Source of the DNA: Octopus vulgaris
Taxonomy: Eukaryota
Assembly (NCBI GenBank): GCA_951406725.2
Contig: OX597825.1
Span: 50,096,001-50,160,000 of the forward strand
Reading direction: 5' to 3'
DNA length: 64,000 nucleotides
This document shows, one piece after another, positions 1 through 11,654 of this stretch. Within the stretch, counting starts at the first letter, position 1. Every line of letters begins with the position of its first letter. The notes beneath the pieces were generated by a model, which worked only from the letters and a program-made list of their open reading frames with translations, was not told where the DNA came from and ran no database searches. The position numbers and the translations under genes were made by a program.

Positions 1-540
<540 letters not shown>

Positions 541-722
541 AACAAATTAATTTATTTGCTCGTAAATAGGGAAACTTGTGTATGGGATTAACTAATATTT
601 TTTTACTTTTATTCGTTCTAGTGCCATTATCGGCGTACCTTTAGAACTATTCTTTTTCTGGTTTGGGATTAACTACACTTTTTAGCATTAAGAAGTCCTG
701 CCAAGGGTCTTCTCTCTGTGTA

Positions 723-774
723 TACGCCGGTCTAGTGTCACCAACTGCAGATTTAGTGACACTAGACCGGCGTA
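723..774. repeat. Perfect 19-bp inverted repeat (hairpin) with 14-nt loop
   Basis: TACGCCGGTCTAGTGTCAC (723-741) / GTGACACTAGACCGGCGTA (756-774). Confidence 0.95.
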
Positions 775-2288
775 AGTAAACAATACGCTTATACATACAC
801 ATATGAATACTTACATACATGTGTGTATGTAAGTGACTGTGTCGCTATTATCAGGATTATCATTGAGTCAGTCATGAAAAATATTATATATAATATTCAA
901 CTCACCAATATGTGTCAGAAAACAGATGACTTGAGGATATCGGACTCTTACATTTGCAGTTTGGTGACAAATGTGGATGCTGTTGATTGTAGTGTTGGTG
1001 ATGGTGAGCATAATGACGATTATGATGATGATGTTGATGATGATGATGACGACGACGACGACGATGTTGATGATTAGAAAGTGAAGGAAGTGGTGGGGGT
1101 AGAATCGTGGTGAGGAAGATGGTAGTAGTTATGATGATGATGATGATGATGATGTTTATTGGATGATGACGGTTGTAAAAATAATGGAACTGATCGAAGT
1201 CAATTAGTTTACCCTTTGATATCAGCAGTATCTTGTAACATCAATCATAACTTTATGACGAGTAAATTTCATAACATCTAGGGTTTTATAGATCTCATGA
1301 TGGAAATGAATCTTCCTTCTGTTTGATTTCTTATCATATCCATATATTTGTTTGTGTATGTGTCTATTTATACAAATACATATCATTATACACGTGCACG
1401 ATTCTATTAATAAACACATGTGTGCATATATATATATATATAATGCCAAAAAGCAGAATTAATAAGGCGTCGGAAAATATGTTGCACTACTTGTTCTGAG
1501 ACTCTTCTTCGTGAATTCGAATCAAACCTTGGTCATCTTTGTGTACATATTTCCTGGATCATAAATAAAATACCTGTCAAATACAGAAGTTTATTCTGTA
1601 CTTCTCACTCTCTTTTACTCTTTCTCTACTTCGTGTGATAGGTGGTCGTTCATCATGCTCAACGTTACTTTTTATTATTAAAATAATTAAAAACATGTTA
1701 GTCGAAGGGGATACCATCATTTGAGCCACTTTGAACTTTACTATTTATATTCAAATCGTAAATAGTTCTGATGGTACAGGTCTTACATATTCTATGATTA
1801 AAATTAAGTAGAATTTTAATTACTTAATTGTATTTTTTGGTAAAATGTTACGCATGGTTTTTGAAATAGCTGTAGAAAAATTAATATTTTAAATCCCACA
1901 CATATTATTCTATTTATATTTTTTTAATCTACATGTGGGTGTGTACGCGCTTGTGTGTTTAGCTAGGATAGTAGTAGTCAACATTATCCAGCATACTCTA
2001 TACTATCTAGGAGGGCAGTACCCTCCCCTGCAGTTAATTAGACTACTGGACTTCACCTACTATGACTGGACCTGGTATGAATATTGGTGTAGTATCTCAT
2101 TGACTTCTCCAGGCAGGTGGGTTTTGAACTCAGAATGCAGAGTACCGGAAGATTTATCAAAAAGTATTCCAGCTGACATACCGTTTGCTCTATCACACTT
2201 TTTTTCGCAGAAACGAAGTGTTTTGCTCAAGAATGCAAGGTGGCGCCCGGTCCAGTAATCGAATCAACGATCTAGCGATCATGAATAA

Positions 2289-2427
2289 GCGTGGCTGTGT
2301 GGTAAGAAGACTGCTTCCCAACCACATGGTTCCAGGTTCAGTTGCACTGTGTGGCACCTTGGGCAAATGTCTTCAGCCTCGGACTGACCAAAACTTGTGA
2401 GGGGATTTGTTAGACGGAAACTGTGTG

Positions 2428-2472
<45 letters not shown>

Positions 2473-2690
2473 GTGTGTGTTTGTGTGCTTGTATTTGTCC
2501 CCCACCATCGCTTGACAACTGATATTGGTGTGTTTACGTCCCCGTAACTTCGCGGATTGGCAAAAGAGACTGATAGAATAAGTACTAGGCTTACAAAGAA
2601 TAAGTCCTGGGGCTGATTTGTTCGACTAAAAGTGGTACTCCAGCATGGCCGCAGTCAAATGAGTGAAAGAAATAAGAGAATAAAAGAATA
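2289..2690 (+). mobile_element. Octopus-type tRNA-derived SINE, full length, with internal (TA)/(TG) microsatellite
   Basis: Head GTGGCTGTGTGGTAAGAAG...GGTTCCAGGTTCAG, body GCTTGACAAC...TACGTCCCCGTAACTT, tail CAGCATGGCCGCAGTCAAATGA...AAGAG; many copies in this window. Confidence 0.9.
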
Positions 2691-2774
2691 TATATATATA
2701 TATTTGTGTGTGCGCGCGCGTATATATACATGCACACACACACACACACACACACATATATACATATGTACGTA

Positions 2775-2807
<33 letters not shown>

Positions 2808-3974
2808 GTGCATGCGACGAGTTTCTTTCAATGTCCGTCTACTAAATCCGTTCGCAAGGTTTTGGTGCCATGTGACCATAGTACAAACTCTTGCCGAAGA
2901 TGCCACGCATCTGGGTAAGCCCGGAACTATGTAGTTTGAAATCAAGCTTCTAACTACACAGCCATAGTATATATAAATGATATGGCCATCCTTATTGCTG
3001 AGGTTGAAAGCCTCGCAAATAACCACAACTCTTTGGTACTTGCTGTGATGTTGTGTTGCTGCCGTACACTTCACCAAATCCGCCTCATCAAGCTTATATT
3101 ATCGTCGCATTATTGCTATTTCTTTTAATCCTGTGAGCTCATCTTCTGCAGATCAAACGGTATGCAAGCCTAGATTTTCTAGGCCCCGTTAAGGTGGCTA
3201 AAATATCACTGTTTTCAGTTATGTTTACCGCTACATTCCTATTTTCAGCTTGTCTCTATTGTCCATTCTATGGACAGTTCAAGTCTCTGGAGTGCATGTC
3301 TGTATCACGTCATCTCGAACGTTTTTAGCCGCTTGTTATCAGCTACCATTGTGTTCTATCTATCTCTCCCGTATAAAATTACTGAGCCAAACCAACAAGT
3401 TTAGAAGTCTCAGCTTGAATTTTTGGTTTGGGACTGAAATTTTATTCAGTGACTTCAAGGCTTAATATTCCTGTACCAAGTTTCGCCCTGATTTCCTAGC
3501 AGAAGTTTGTTGTCTAGTTGGTGCTTCAACTACTGAAGTTCCCTGGTGGATCACATAACCTTACTCTCTTATGCCCTCAAATATAGACGCCTTTACTTTC
3601 GATTAAATACGGAAGCTTCAGTGTAGTATGCAGTCTGAAAGGGTAATTTTTTCTTTGAGGGTATATTGGCAGCATCGTGAGAGTTTGGATGGGATGCAAT
3701 GTGGTATCCGATGTTATGTCTTTGTGCATTCATCTCCGAAAAACACTGACGCTTCTCTAGGATGTTGCTGTCGACGTATACTATCAGAAATTTCAAAAAT
3801 ACCATTTGAATTATAAACTTCCTTGGTTTGCATAGAGAATTGACTGCCCTACTACCACCATATCCACTTTCACCTCCCACTATATATATATATATTTATA
3901 TACATACATACACTCACACTTGTACATATACGTACGTATACATTTACATGTATATTTATATAAACATACATGTA

Positions 3975-4020
<46 letters not shown>

Positions 4021-4843
4021 TACATGTGTGTGTGTTTCCATAAGTATTTGTATTGATGTGTGGATGCATGTATGTATGATATATTCATATATATTCTCAA
4101 TTTATTAAGTCATACTCTCTTTCACAAGCTTCTTTTGATATAGAAATCAATAACCAATCTATCAGTCAATCAGTATATCTCTCACTCATATCATCAATAT
4201 TTGTTGTTTTATGATTTCGTTAGGGAGGGTGTGCACTGCCTTTAACCTTCCCAGCGTCATTTTTTTTCGTTTTTTTTTTTTCTTTGGTTTCTTTTGCGGT
4301 TAGTGTTTAATTTCAACATGCATGGTTGGATGTCTGTAGAAATGATATGGTAGTGTCATAATGGAAACAATTCGATAATATATTTGTCGACGAAAAGAAG
4401 TATAGTTTAATGTGAGAGTGGTTAGAGACAAAAAAACCTACACAGCAAGTGGTTGTATATGGCGGTACTCAGAAACAATATGACTGTGAGGAAGAGAAAC
4501 TGTTAATATATTTAGAAAAGTCAAAGGGAAGATTCTACGTATCTATAATCCTCTATAAAACTTCGTTGGTGAGTGAATTCTTACTACCTCGTTGATTAGT
4601 CTCTTTTGAATAAGTTTTAAGAACAGTGTGTCTGTGTCAGTGCTACTGCCCCAGATATGTAGTAGTGATATCGTCCTTGGTATGTAAATGTCTTAGTGTC
4701 ATAGGTATCCAAATATTTGCCTTATTTGAGATTTGTAGTCAGTCCGGAACTGAACAAGCACGAAGAATCCTCTGAGTTTGAAGATGGAACCTAACTTCCG
4801 GATACAGTTTTATCAATGTCTATGTGTGCGTATTTACTTGTGC

Positions 4844-4897
<54 letters not shown>

Positions 4898-5443
4898 TGC
4901 GAGTGCGTGCGCGTGTATTTGTGCATCTCACTGAGTGTTAAGTATGTTCTTTATGACATTTGAAAAGGAAAATACAATATGGTTTCATTTATGTCGTTTT
5001 AGTAATTCTTCATTTTGTTATTGAACGAGTTTTAATAGTCAAATATTCATTCAATAGTATTATCAATCTGAACTCATACAGATACCTATGACGTGAAGGG
5101 TATGCTAATCAATCATAACAGCAACAAAAATAACAACAATGACAATAATAATAGGCTTCGAATACAGTAAGTAAATAAACTTAACCTAATGTATACAACT
5201 TAACCTAATAGTTTTCGTTATAGTGGTGATCATTCACGTCAAACTAATACTTGGAACAACAATACTCTTGACTGGCATTACGCTTACAAGGAAAAAAAAT
5301 TAAGTTAACATCTACCATTTGGTACTTTTCAATATTTAGAGATGAAAAATACTCTACATTGGTCATTATCTTAACAAATAATAACAAACTAACAGCTTTT
5401 CTGTATCACACGGGAAACTATAGAATGCAACACAAAGATTCTT

Positions 5444-5477
5444 TATAAATGCAAGATTTTTAGAGTAGTTTGCAGTT
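5444..5477 (+). promoter_or_regulatory. Putative core promoter of the protease gene: TATA box and Inr-like element
   Basis: TATAAA at 5444-5449; TGCAGTT with its A at 5474, 30 nt downstream of the TATA start and 35 nt before the ATG. Confidence 0.55.
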
Positions 5478-5508
5478 GCAACTAGGTACCAATTGTAGAA
5501 GCTGCACC

Positions 5509-5551
5509 ATGAAACTTGCTATATCTCTCTTCGTCATTGTTTTACTAAACT
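5509..5551 (+). CDS. S1A serine protease, exon 1 (signal peptide MKLAISLFVIVLLN/C)
   Basis: Kozak-like GCACCATG, hydrophobic peptide, GTGAGT donor; phase 1 joins exon 2 in frame (T+GT=Cys). Confidence 0.75.
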
Positions 5552-5699
5552 GTGAGTTATTATTTTCATTTCATTGTAAGCTCTCTATCAAAGTTAGGCC
5601 ACATCTAGTGAAGCTAGTCTGGTTGTTGAATTCAACCTAATCATTGAAGTGTTTCTTCGTTACATTAATATAGTTGTTGCAGAGAAATCATTATTGTAA

Positions 5700-5985
5700 T
5701 GCTATGTTTAATGTAGTGGAATGCTTATTTGCACTGATGTGGTTATTGCTATGGACTGATATGCTGAAATGGTTATTATAATTAATGCAGTATTATGGTT
5801 GTAATAACGTAGTTACTGCTGTGACATGGTTGTCATAATGACCTGGTTGTAGTGGGGTGACTGCTTTAGTGAAGTGGTTATTATAGTCACATGGTTATTG
5901 TAGTGATGAGCATATTGTAGTGACTAGATATGTGGTGACGTGGCTATTATAGTTTCTTAGTTATTGTAGTGACGTGTGGGTACTG
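5700..5985. repeat. Degenerate ~17-bp minisatellite (GTGATGTGGTTATTGTA-like)
   Basis: Recurrent TGGTTATT/GTAGTGA units at roughly regular spacing. Confidence 0.6.
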
Positions 5986-8420
5986 CTTTTGGAAAACGTA
6001 TAATTATTTATTTCTTATTTATTTAGCTCAAGCAGTAATAAATATTTACCTCATCTCTTATTACGATATGTAGGACCAATTGTATGAGAAACTCTATCGA
6101 TTTCAGTACGTAGGATATTGATCTGCTTTAATAAACGATGGTAAATCGTCGGTGAAATATCTCGGTCACATTAACATGATGAATGAAATGAAATATTAAT
6201 ACTAAGGATTGAATTGGGGCCTACGCTTTTGTCTATGAAGAAGTTTATCTCGTTTAATTACTGTGATCAATTTAAAGAGTCAGTCGAGCGTCAAAGTATA
6301 ATTCTCAATAAAACAGAAATCAGAAATGGAATTTGCATCAGTTTACCTATGTATACTAAAACCAGTTTACTTTGTAGACTAAAATTTAAGTCAACCAATT
6401 TGATGATTGAATTATCTGTAATATTCTACAATCTGTCTTCAATATTCTGTTCAATTTCCAGTTGGGAAGCGATAATAATTAGGAGATATCTACCTATTGC
6501 CTTTCCTAAGTGACACTTTACATCTTCTTGTACGCATGTAAGTCATTAACTGGAGATACAGAAGATATTGACACACAACCACACTAGATAGATGACACTG
6601 GTGTATAGTGTATCATAACGACTCCCCTATGACTCCATCAGAAGTTAAAGGCTCACCCTAAAAAGCAAATGGTACAAGGGAAATAAAATCACAGGAAAGC
6701 TCTTCTAGTCTGCAGCATTCATAGTAAGCCATCCTATTTATTTCTGCCCTTTAACTAGCTATAATATATTCGATTAATTAATGTAGTAACATTTTTGGAA
6801 ATGCAGCATATTTTACAGATATTTGTTAATAGGTTCGCTGGAGAGATCAAAGAAACGTCGATTTCAGCCGGATGTCAGCTCATTACCTCAGGTTTTACTA
6901 AATAATTAATGTAGAGGGATATATTAATAGACAGAGATTAATGTATGCGTGTATAGTTAAATAAATGTGAACTGAGGACGCCGATGATGTTCTGGAGCAA
7001 ATTTGTATAAACGTTACGGTTGCAAAGATGATGGTGTATAGAAACATGCAATATACAATGGTTAGTGTTTCAGAAAATATGTTAAGAAAGTCGTAAGAAG
7101 AAGATGTATCAAATAGATATAGGTTTATTAGAGTATGAGGAGTATTCAAAAAATCCTTCGTTTGTGTTCCACTACTTACAAAGGTACTGAGCACTTAATT
7201 GTATTCATATATACTGATGTCGTGTGTTATATGTAAATTACTCTAATTAAATTTTTATTCTGTATGTATCCATAAAAAATACTCATACCCGAATAATCTG
7301 GAATGTTACTGAATAGGCTATATACGGATTATTCATGAAGTACACACCTCCTGCGAGGCTATCTGTACCATGACTTTTGAATTTCCGTGAGGTCAGCACA
7401 AATAAGAGATGATAAGATGATTTATGCCCAAATTCTAAGAAACATTCTACTAATCATCTGTTCATTAATAATTACTAAATTAGCTGCAAATTTAAGAAGA
7501 ATGTGAGTAACCCATGCAGCCCACCACCCCACTTCTCGCATAGTGCATAAGAACCAGAAAAGGGCTTAGCCGACCTTGCAAGATGATAATTTTGAAGCCA
7601 GTTGAGCGTAATTATATATCACAATTCGGTTTGACGGACGCACTATCGTTTCTGCCATTCGACTTACAAATAATCATTTATCACGTTGAGATGTAATTGA
7701 TCAAATTAATATCAGTAAATAGCAGTTACTTATTTTATCGACTGCTGTGAGATGACAATGAAATTTCATTTGTGTATTACATGGATTCATAAGTTAATGA
7801 TACGAAACAAAACATACTTTCAATTTGTTGCAAGGTCAGCTACGTCTGACACTTCACTACACTCACTGTCCGCTGAACTTAATGTCTCTAAATGACATAT
7901 AAACATAACCAACTAAATATTTGATTCCACTCCATATTCATCTATGCTTATCATCCAAACATAAGGAAATGAAGGGATAAGAAATAATAGATGGTCCTGG
8001 TAAATGCGACATATATATTTATTATACAATTGGTAGACCTTTCTCTGAATATCCAAGTATCTAAACAACTACGTGTATTTGGTATGCATGTCTGCATATA
8101 TATATATTATAAAATGCAACTAATTATCAAGTGGAGAAAACCACAGATTAACCAACACATCGACTGGACCATATTTATAGATTGTTGTTTTTAATACAAA
8201 GCATGACAAAACAAAATAGGCGATGTAACATATCATAAGGCCGTTTCTGATCGGATACCAAAATGCTGTCTATAAATAAATGCGAGAATAAAGTTCTTTC
8301 TCTTCATAGGGCATTCGAATGCCCTATGTATATGTATATGCACATACACACACACAAACATAAACGTGTATGTACGTACTCATACATATATACATATCCA
8401 TGCACACGCACACTTGTACG

Positions 8421-8467
<47 letters not shown>

Positions 8468-8550
8468 AAGGGTGAAAAGGAACACACGAGTTGATATATA
8501 TGAAAAAACAAGTCAAAAATAGAAAATGCTAAAATAATTTTATAGTGAAC

Positions 8551-8596
8551 ATTTCAGTACCGGTTTCGGTCATTTTGAGACCTTTTCAACTGTAAC
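8551..8596 (-). ncRNA. Minimal type I hammerhead ribozyme in the PLE pLTR (U3-A8 core variant)
   Basis: Minus strand CAG-UUGAAAA-GGUC(UCAAAAU)GACC-GAAA-CCGG-UA/CUG: stem I CAG/CUG, stem II GGUC/GACC, palindromic CCGG; predicted cleavage between 8558 and 8557. Confidence 0.75.
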
Positions 8597-8937
8597 GATT
8601 AAATAATTAAATTAGAAGAAAAGTTTTTTTAAAAGAATATTTCTATAGTAGTGTTCAGATTTAAGTGGCATTCTGCCTTTCTCTGACTCCCTTGTTTGCA
8701 CTTGTGTGTTCGAGGTAGTTGTGAGTTCTTGGTAGGGTAGTAGAGGGAAGGCTGGTGAGGAAAGGGGGTGGGAGAATCTGGGAGTGCCCTGATGGTCGTA
8801 TTTTGAATGGTCAGTGGCGGCTGGCAGTCTCAGTTCAATTCAGGAGAATATTTATATTGACAGGCTTGTTTATAGAGTTAGCGTAGGTGTTATACTAAAA
8901 AACATTAGTGACAAAGTTAAGGGGTCGGGGGTGGAGA

Positions 8938-9200
8938 AGTAGAAGAAGAAGAAGAAGAAGAAGAAGAAGAAGAAGAAGAAGAAGAAGAAGAAGAAGAAGG
9001 AGAAGGAGAAGATGACGATGATGGTGATGGTGGTGATGATTATGACGACGATGATGATAATGATGATGATGAAGAAGAAGAAGAAGGAGGACAAGGAGAA
9101 GATGGTGGTGATGATGGTGGTGATGATGATGACGCCGATGATGATGATAATGATGATGATGAAGAAGAAGAGAAAGAATAAGAAGAAGAAAAAAACAGAG
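8938..9200. repeat. (GAA)n/(GAT)n/(GGT)n compound microsatellite inside the PLE 3' UTR
   Basis: Lies between the endonuclease stop (9323) and the pLTR. Confidence 0.9.
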
Positions 9201-9322
9201 AAGGGAGAATATGAATGGGTGTAAATATAGCTATGAAGGGGCTGATTAGTAATGGATTCTATGGAGTGTAGTATTTGTGTGTGTATATATATTTTTTTCT
9301 TTTATTCTAAAGTTGAGGTATA

Positions 9323-9850
9323 TTAATTGTTTGTCGTAGACCCGTTAAGAAGTGGCTTGTATTTTGTAATAAAGAGATTTTCTTTACTTATTCGTTGTCT
9401 CGAGGTTGTATCGTCCCTAAATTGGTAGAGGGGGAAAATTCTGAAGTTTGGTGTTTTTTTGTTGGCGCAAGTATCTATGTGTTGGCTAAAAGCTATTTTT
9501 CTGTTTTGGGGAATTTTTATCTGGGATCTGTGCAGGGCCATTCGTTTACGCAAACCATTTTTTGTTTGGCCTATGTACTGCTCTTGACACCCGGAGCAGG
9601 TTAGTGAGTATATTAGGTTCTCCGAAGCACATGTGAAGTTGCTTTTCACTGTAAACCGTTGTCCCTGTTTGAAGGAGAACTCAGAACCCTCGATTAGATA
9701 GTCGCATATCCCGCAATTGGGTCTTCCACATTTTTTTACTGTCGGCTTCTGTGTTGAAGAGTGAATTCGGGCTTGTGTAAGGAGACTTTTCATGGATCTA
9801 GGCTGTCTTTTGCTTTTTATGATCGTGTGTGTTTGGAGGATTGTGTTCAT
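9323..9850 (-). CDS. PLE GIY-YIG endonuclease with Zn-knuckle linker (C-terminal part of the pol ORF)
   Basis: KCGRPNCGIC...FTCASENLIYSLTCSGCQEQYIGQTKNGLRKRMALH...FSQH...KENLFITKYKPLLNG; separated from the RT by one extra A in the A8 run at 9860-9867. Confidence 0.92.
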   Translation of the reverse strand: MNTILQTHTIIKSKRQPRSMKSLLTQARIHSSTQKPTVKKCGRPNCGICDYLIEGSEFSFKQGQRFTVKSNFTCASENLIYSLTCSGCQEQYIGQTKNGLRKRMALHRSQIKIPQNRKIAFSQHIDTCANKKTPNFRIFPLYQFRDDTTSRQRISKENLFITKYKPLLNGSTTNN

Positions 9851-11654
9851 TCTGTGGTCTTTTTTTTAGGAGGGGTATGTTGTGGAGGATGGTGTCGAAG
9901 GCTTCGTTATTGAGAGGGTTGTGTGTGGAGATGTATGGTAAGGCTTTTGGTTGTAAGTTTTTCTTTGATTTGGGATGTCTCAGTTCCTTGATGTTAAGTT
10001 GAAGGGCACGTTGAATGCACTTGTCAATAAGTGAAGGTGGATAGTTCCTGGTGATTAGGGTATCTTTTAGTTCTTGTAGTCGTGTGTCTCTGGTGTTTGC
10101 GTTAGAGACTATAGTGCATATCCTTTTTGCTAGATTGAAGGGGATATTCATCCTGGTGTGTCTGGGGTGGCATGAATTGAATGGAAGATATTGCTTAGAG
10201 TCTGTAGGCTTATAGTATATGTCTGTTTCTATTATATTATTAGCTTTCTTAATGAGGATATCGAGGAAGGGGAGTTGTTGTTGGCTATATTCCATCGTGA
10301 ATTGGATGTTTACGTCCAGTCCGTTTAAAATTTTCTGGAATTCTATGAGTTTTTCTATATTTTTATGCCAAAGGATGAAACAGTCATCTAGATATCTCTT
10401 CCAGCTGTTTTCTATGTAGATGGAGAAAGGGCTGCCATATCTTTCTAGAACCTTACGATACAGACTGATCTCTAGGTATCCTATGACTAGGTTGGCAAAG
10501 GAGGGGGCCATTCGTGTACCCATCGCAGTCCCCGATTTTTGTCGGTAGAAGTTGTCATTGAAGGCGAAGAAGTTATTTTCCAGGATGAATTTAACCCCTT
10601 CTATCACAAATTCTTTTTTGATGCGGTGTGGTAGTTCGTTGGCGTGATTCTCTAGCCAGAATTGGATTGCCTCTAGTCCTAGGTTGTGGGGGATATTGGA
10701 GTAGAGGTTGACTACATCGAAGGATACCAGTATGGTGTTTTTGTTTATAGTATTCGGTAGGTGATTGAGCATATCTAAGTCGTCCCTTATATAGCTTTTG
10801 ACATGTTTGAGGAGTGGTTTCAACAGGGTGTCTAAAAAGTTACTGAGGCGGTGGGTTTCGCATGCGGGACCTGCTATTATGGGTCTCAATTTGAGGTCAT
10901 TAGGATTAGGGACTTTAATTATTTTGTCTGTAGCTATCTTGCATGCGTTGCTTATTTTTTCACTTTTGTGGATCTTAGGTATACCGTAGAATTGGCTAGT
11001 TTTACTTGTGAAATTGGTCATATAATCATATTCTTTGTCGGTGAGCCCTGCTTTGTGTGGGTTTAATATGGATTTTAGTTCCCTCATTATTTTTTGTTGA
11101 CTGTAGTTTTGTGCCTTTTCATAGTATGTTGTGTCTTCCAGCATAGAAAGTACCAAAGTTATGTAAAATGTCGTATCCATTAAGACAACAGCACTCCCTT
11201 TATCGGCCTCTTTGATTGTTATTGTTTTATCTAGTTTTAATTTGTTCAACTCAGCCCATTCTTTTTTGCTGAAGTTTGGTTTGTGTTTTTGTTTGTGCAT
11301 ATGTTGATATGGGTAATTTGATATGTGGTCACAGAAATCATCAAGTGTTTTATTCTTACCTTTCGAGGGGGTGTAGTTACTCCTATTTCTGGCTAACGAT
11401 TCGTCCTCGTTGTATTTATCGTATAGCTCCTCAGTAAGTTTTAATTTTCTGCAGAATTCTGCGATGTCTTCTTTCATTTCATTGTAGTTGGGGTGTTGTG
11501 GGGTGGGTGTAAACTTGAGTCCTTTGGAAAGTATGTTTATTTGGTTTGTTGTTAGTTCCTTGTGAGTTAGATTAATAATTTTTATTACTTTTGGTTCCTC
11601 CTGCTTGTTTGGTGCTATCTTGTGTCTCTGTGTTTGCGTATTGGGTCTAAAAAA
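9798..11654 (-). CDS. PLE reverse transcriptase; the open frame extends upstream of the 11477 ATG to 11654
   Basis: IINL..LSKGLKFTPTP, ADKGSAVV, FYGIPKIHK, RPII, LVSFDVVNLYSNIP, GTAMGTRMAPSFANL, RYLDDCF, LPFLD, YYKPTD motifs. Confidence 0.95.
   Translation of the reverse strand, partial: FFRPNTQTQRHKIAPNKQEEPKVIKIINLTHKELTTNQINILSKGLKFTPTPQHPNYNEMKEDIAEFCRKLKLTEELYDKYNEDESLARNRSNYTPSKGKNKTLDDFCDHISNYPYQHMHKQKHKPNFSKKEWAELNKLKLDKTITIKEADKGSAVVLMDTTFYITLVLSMLEDTTYYEKAQNYSQQKIMRELKSILNPHKAGLTDKEYDYMTNFTSKTSQFYGIPKIHKSEKISNACKIATDKIIKVPNPNDLKLRPIIAGPACETHRLSNFLDTLLKPLLKHVKSYIRDDLDMLNHLPNTINKNTILVSFDVVNLYSNIPHNLGLEAIQFWLENHANELPHRIKKEFVIEGVKFILENNFFAFNDNFYRQKSGTAMGTRMAPSFANLVIGYLEISLYRKVLERYGSPFSIYIENSWKRYLDDCFILWHKNIEKLIEFQKILNGLDVNIQFTMEYSQQQLPFLDILIKKANNIIETDIYYKPTDSKQYLPFNSCHPRHTRMNIPFNLAKRICTIVSNANTRDTRLQELKDTLITRNYPPSLIDKCIQRALQLNIKELRHPKSKKNLQPKALPYISTHNPLNNEAFDTILHNIPLLKKRPQNEHNPPNTHDHKKQKTA

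Noticed and set aside
823-1077. Asp-rich ORF
   Set aside because: Derived from a (GAT/GAC)n tract; no recognisable domain or splice context
3000-4790. Possible RTE and PLE RT remnants on the minus strand
   Set aside because: Only weak, fragmentary motif resemblance; too decayed to call by eye
9323-9850. Selenocysteine recoding as reported for some Naiad PLEs
   Set aside because: The knuckle and EN cysteines are ordinary TGT/TGC codons with no in-frame TGA
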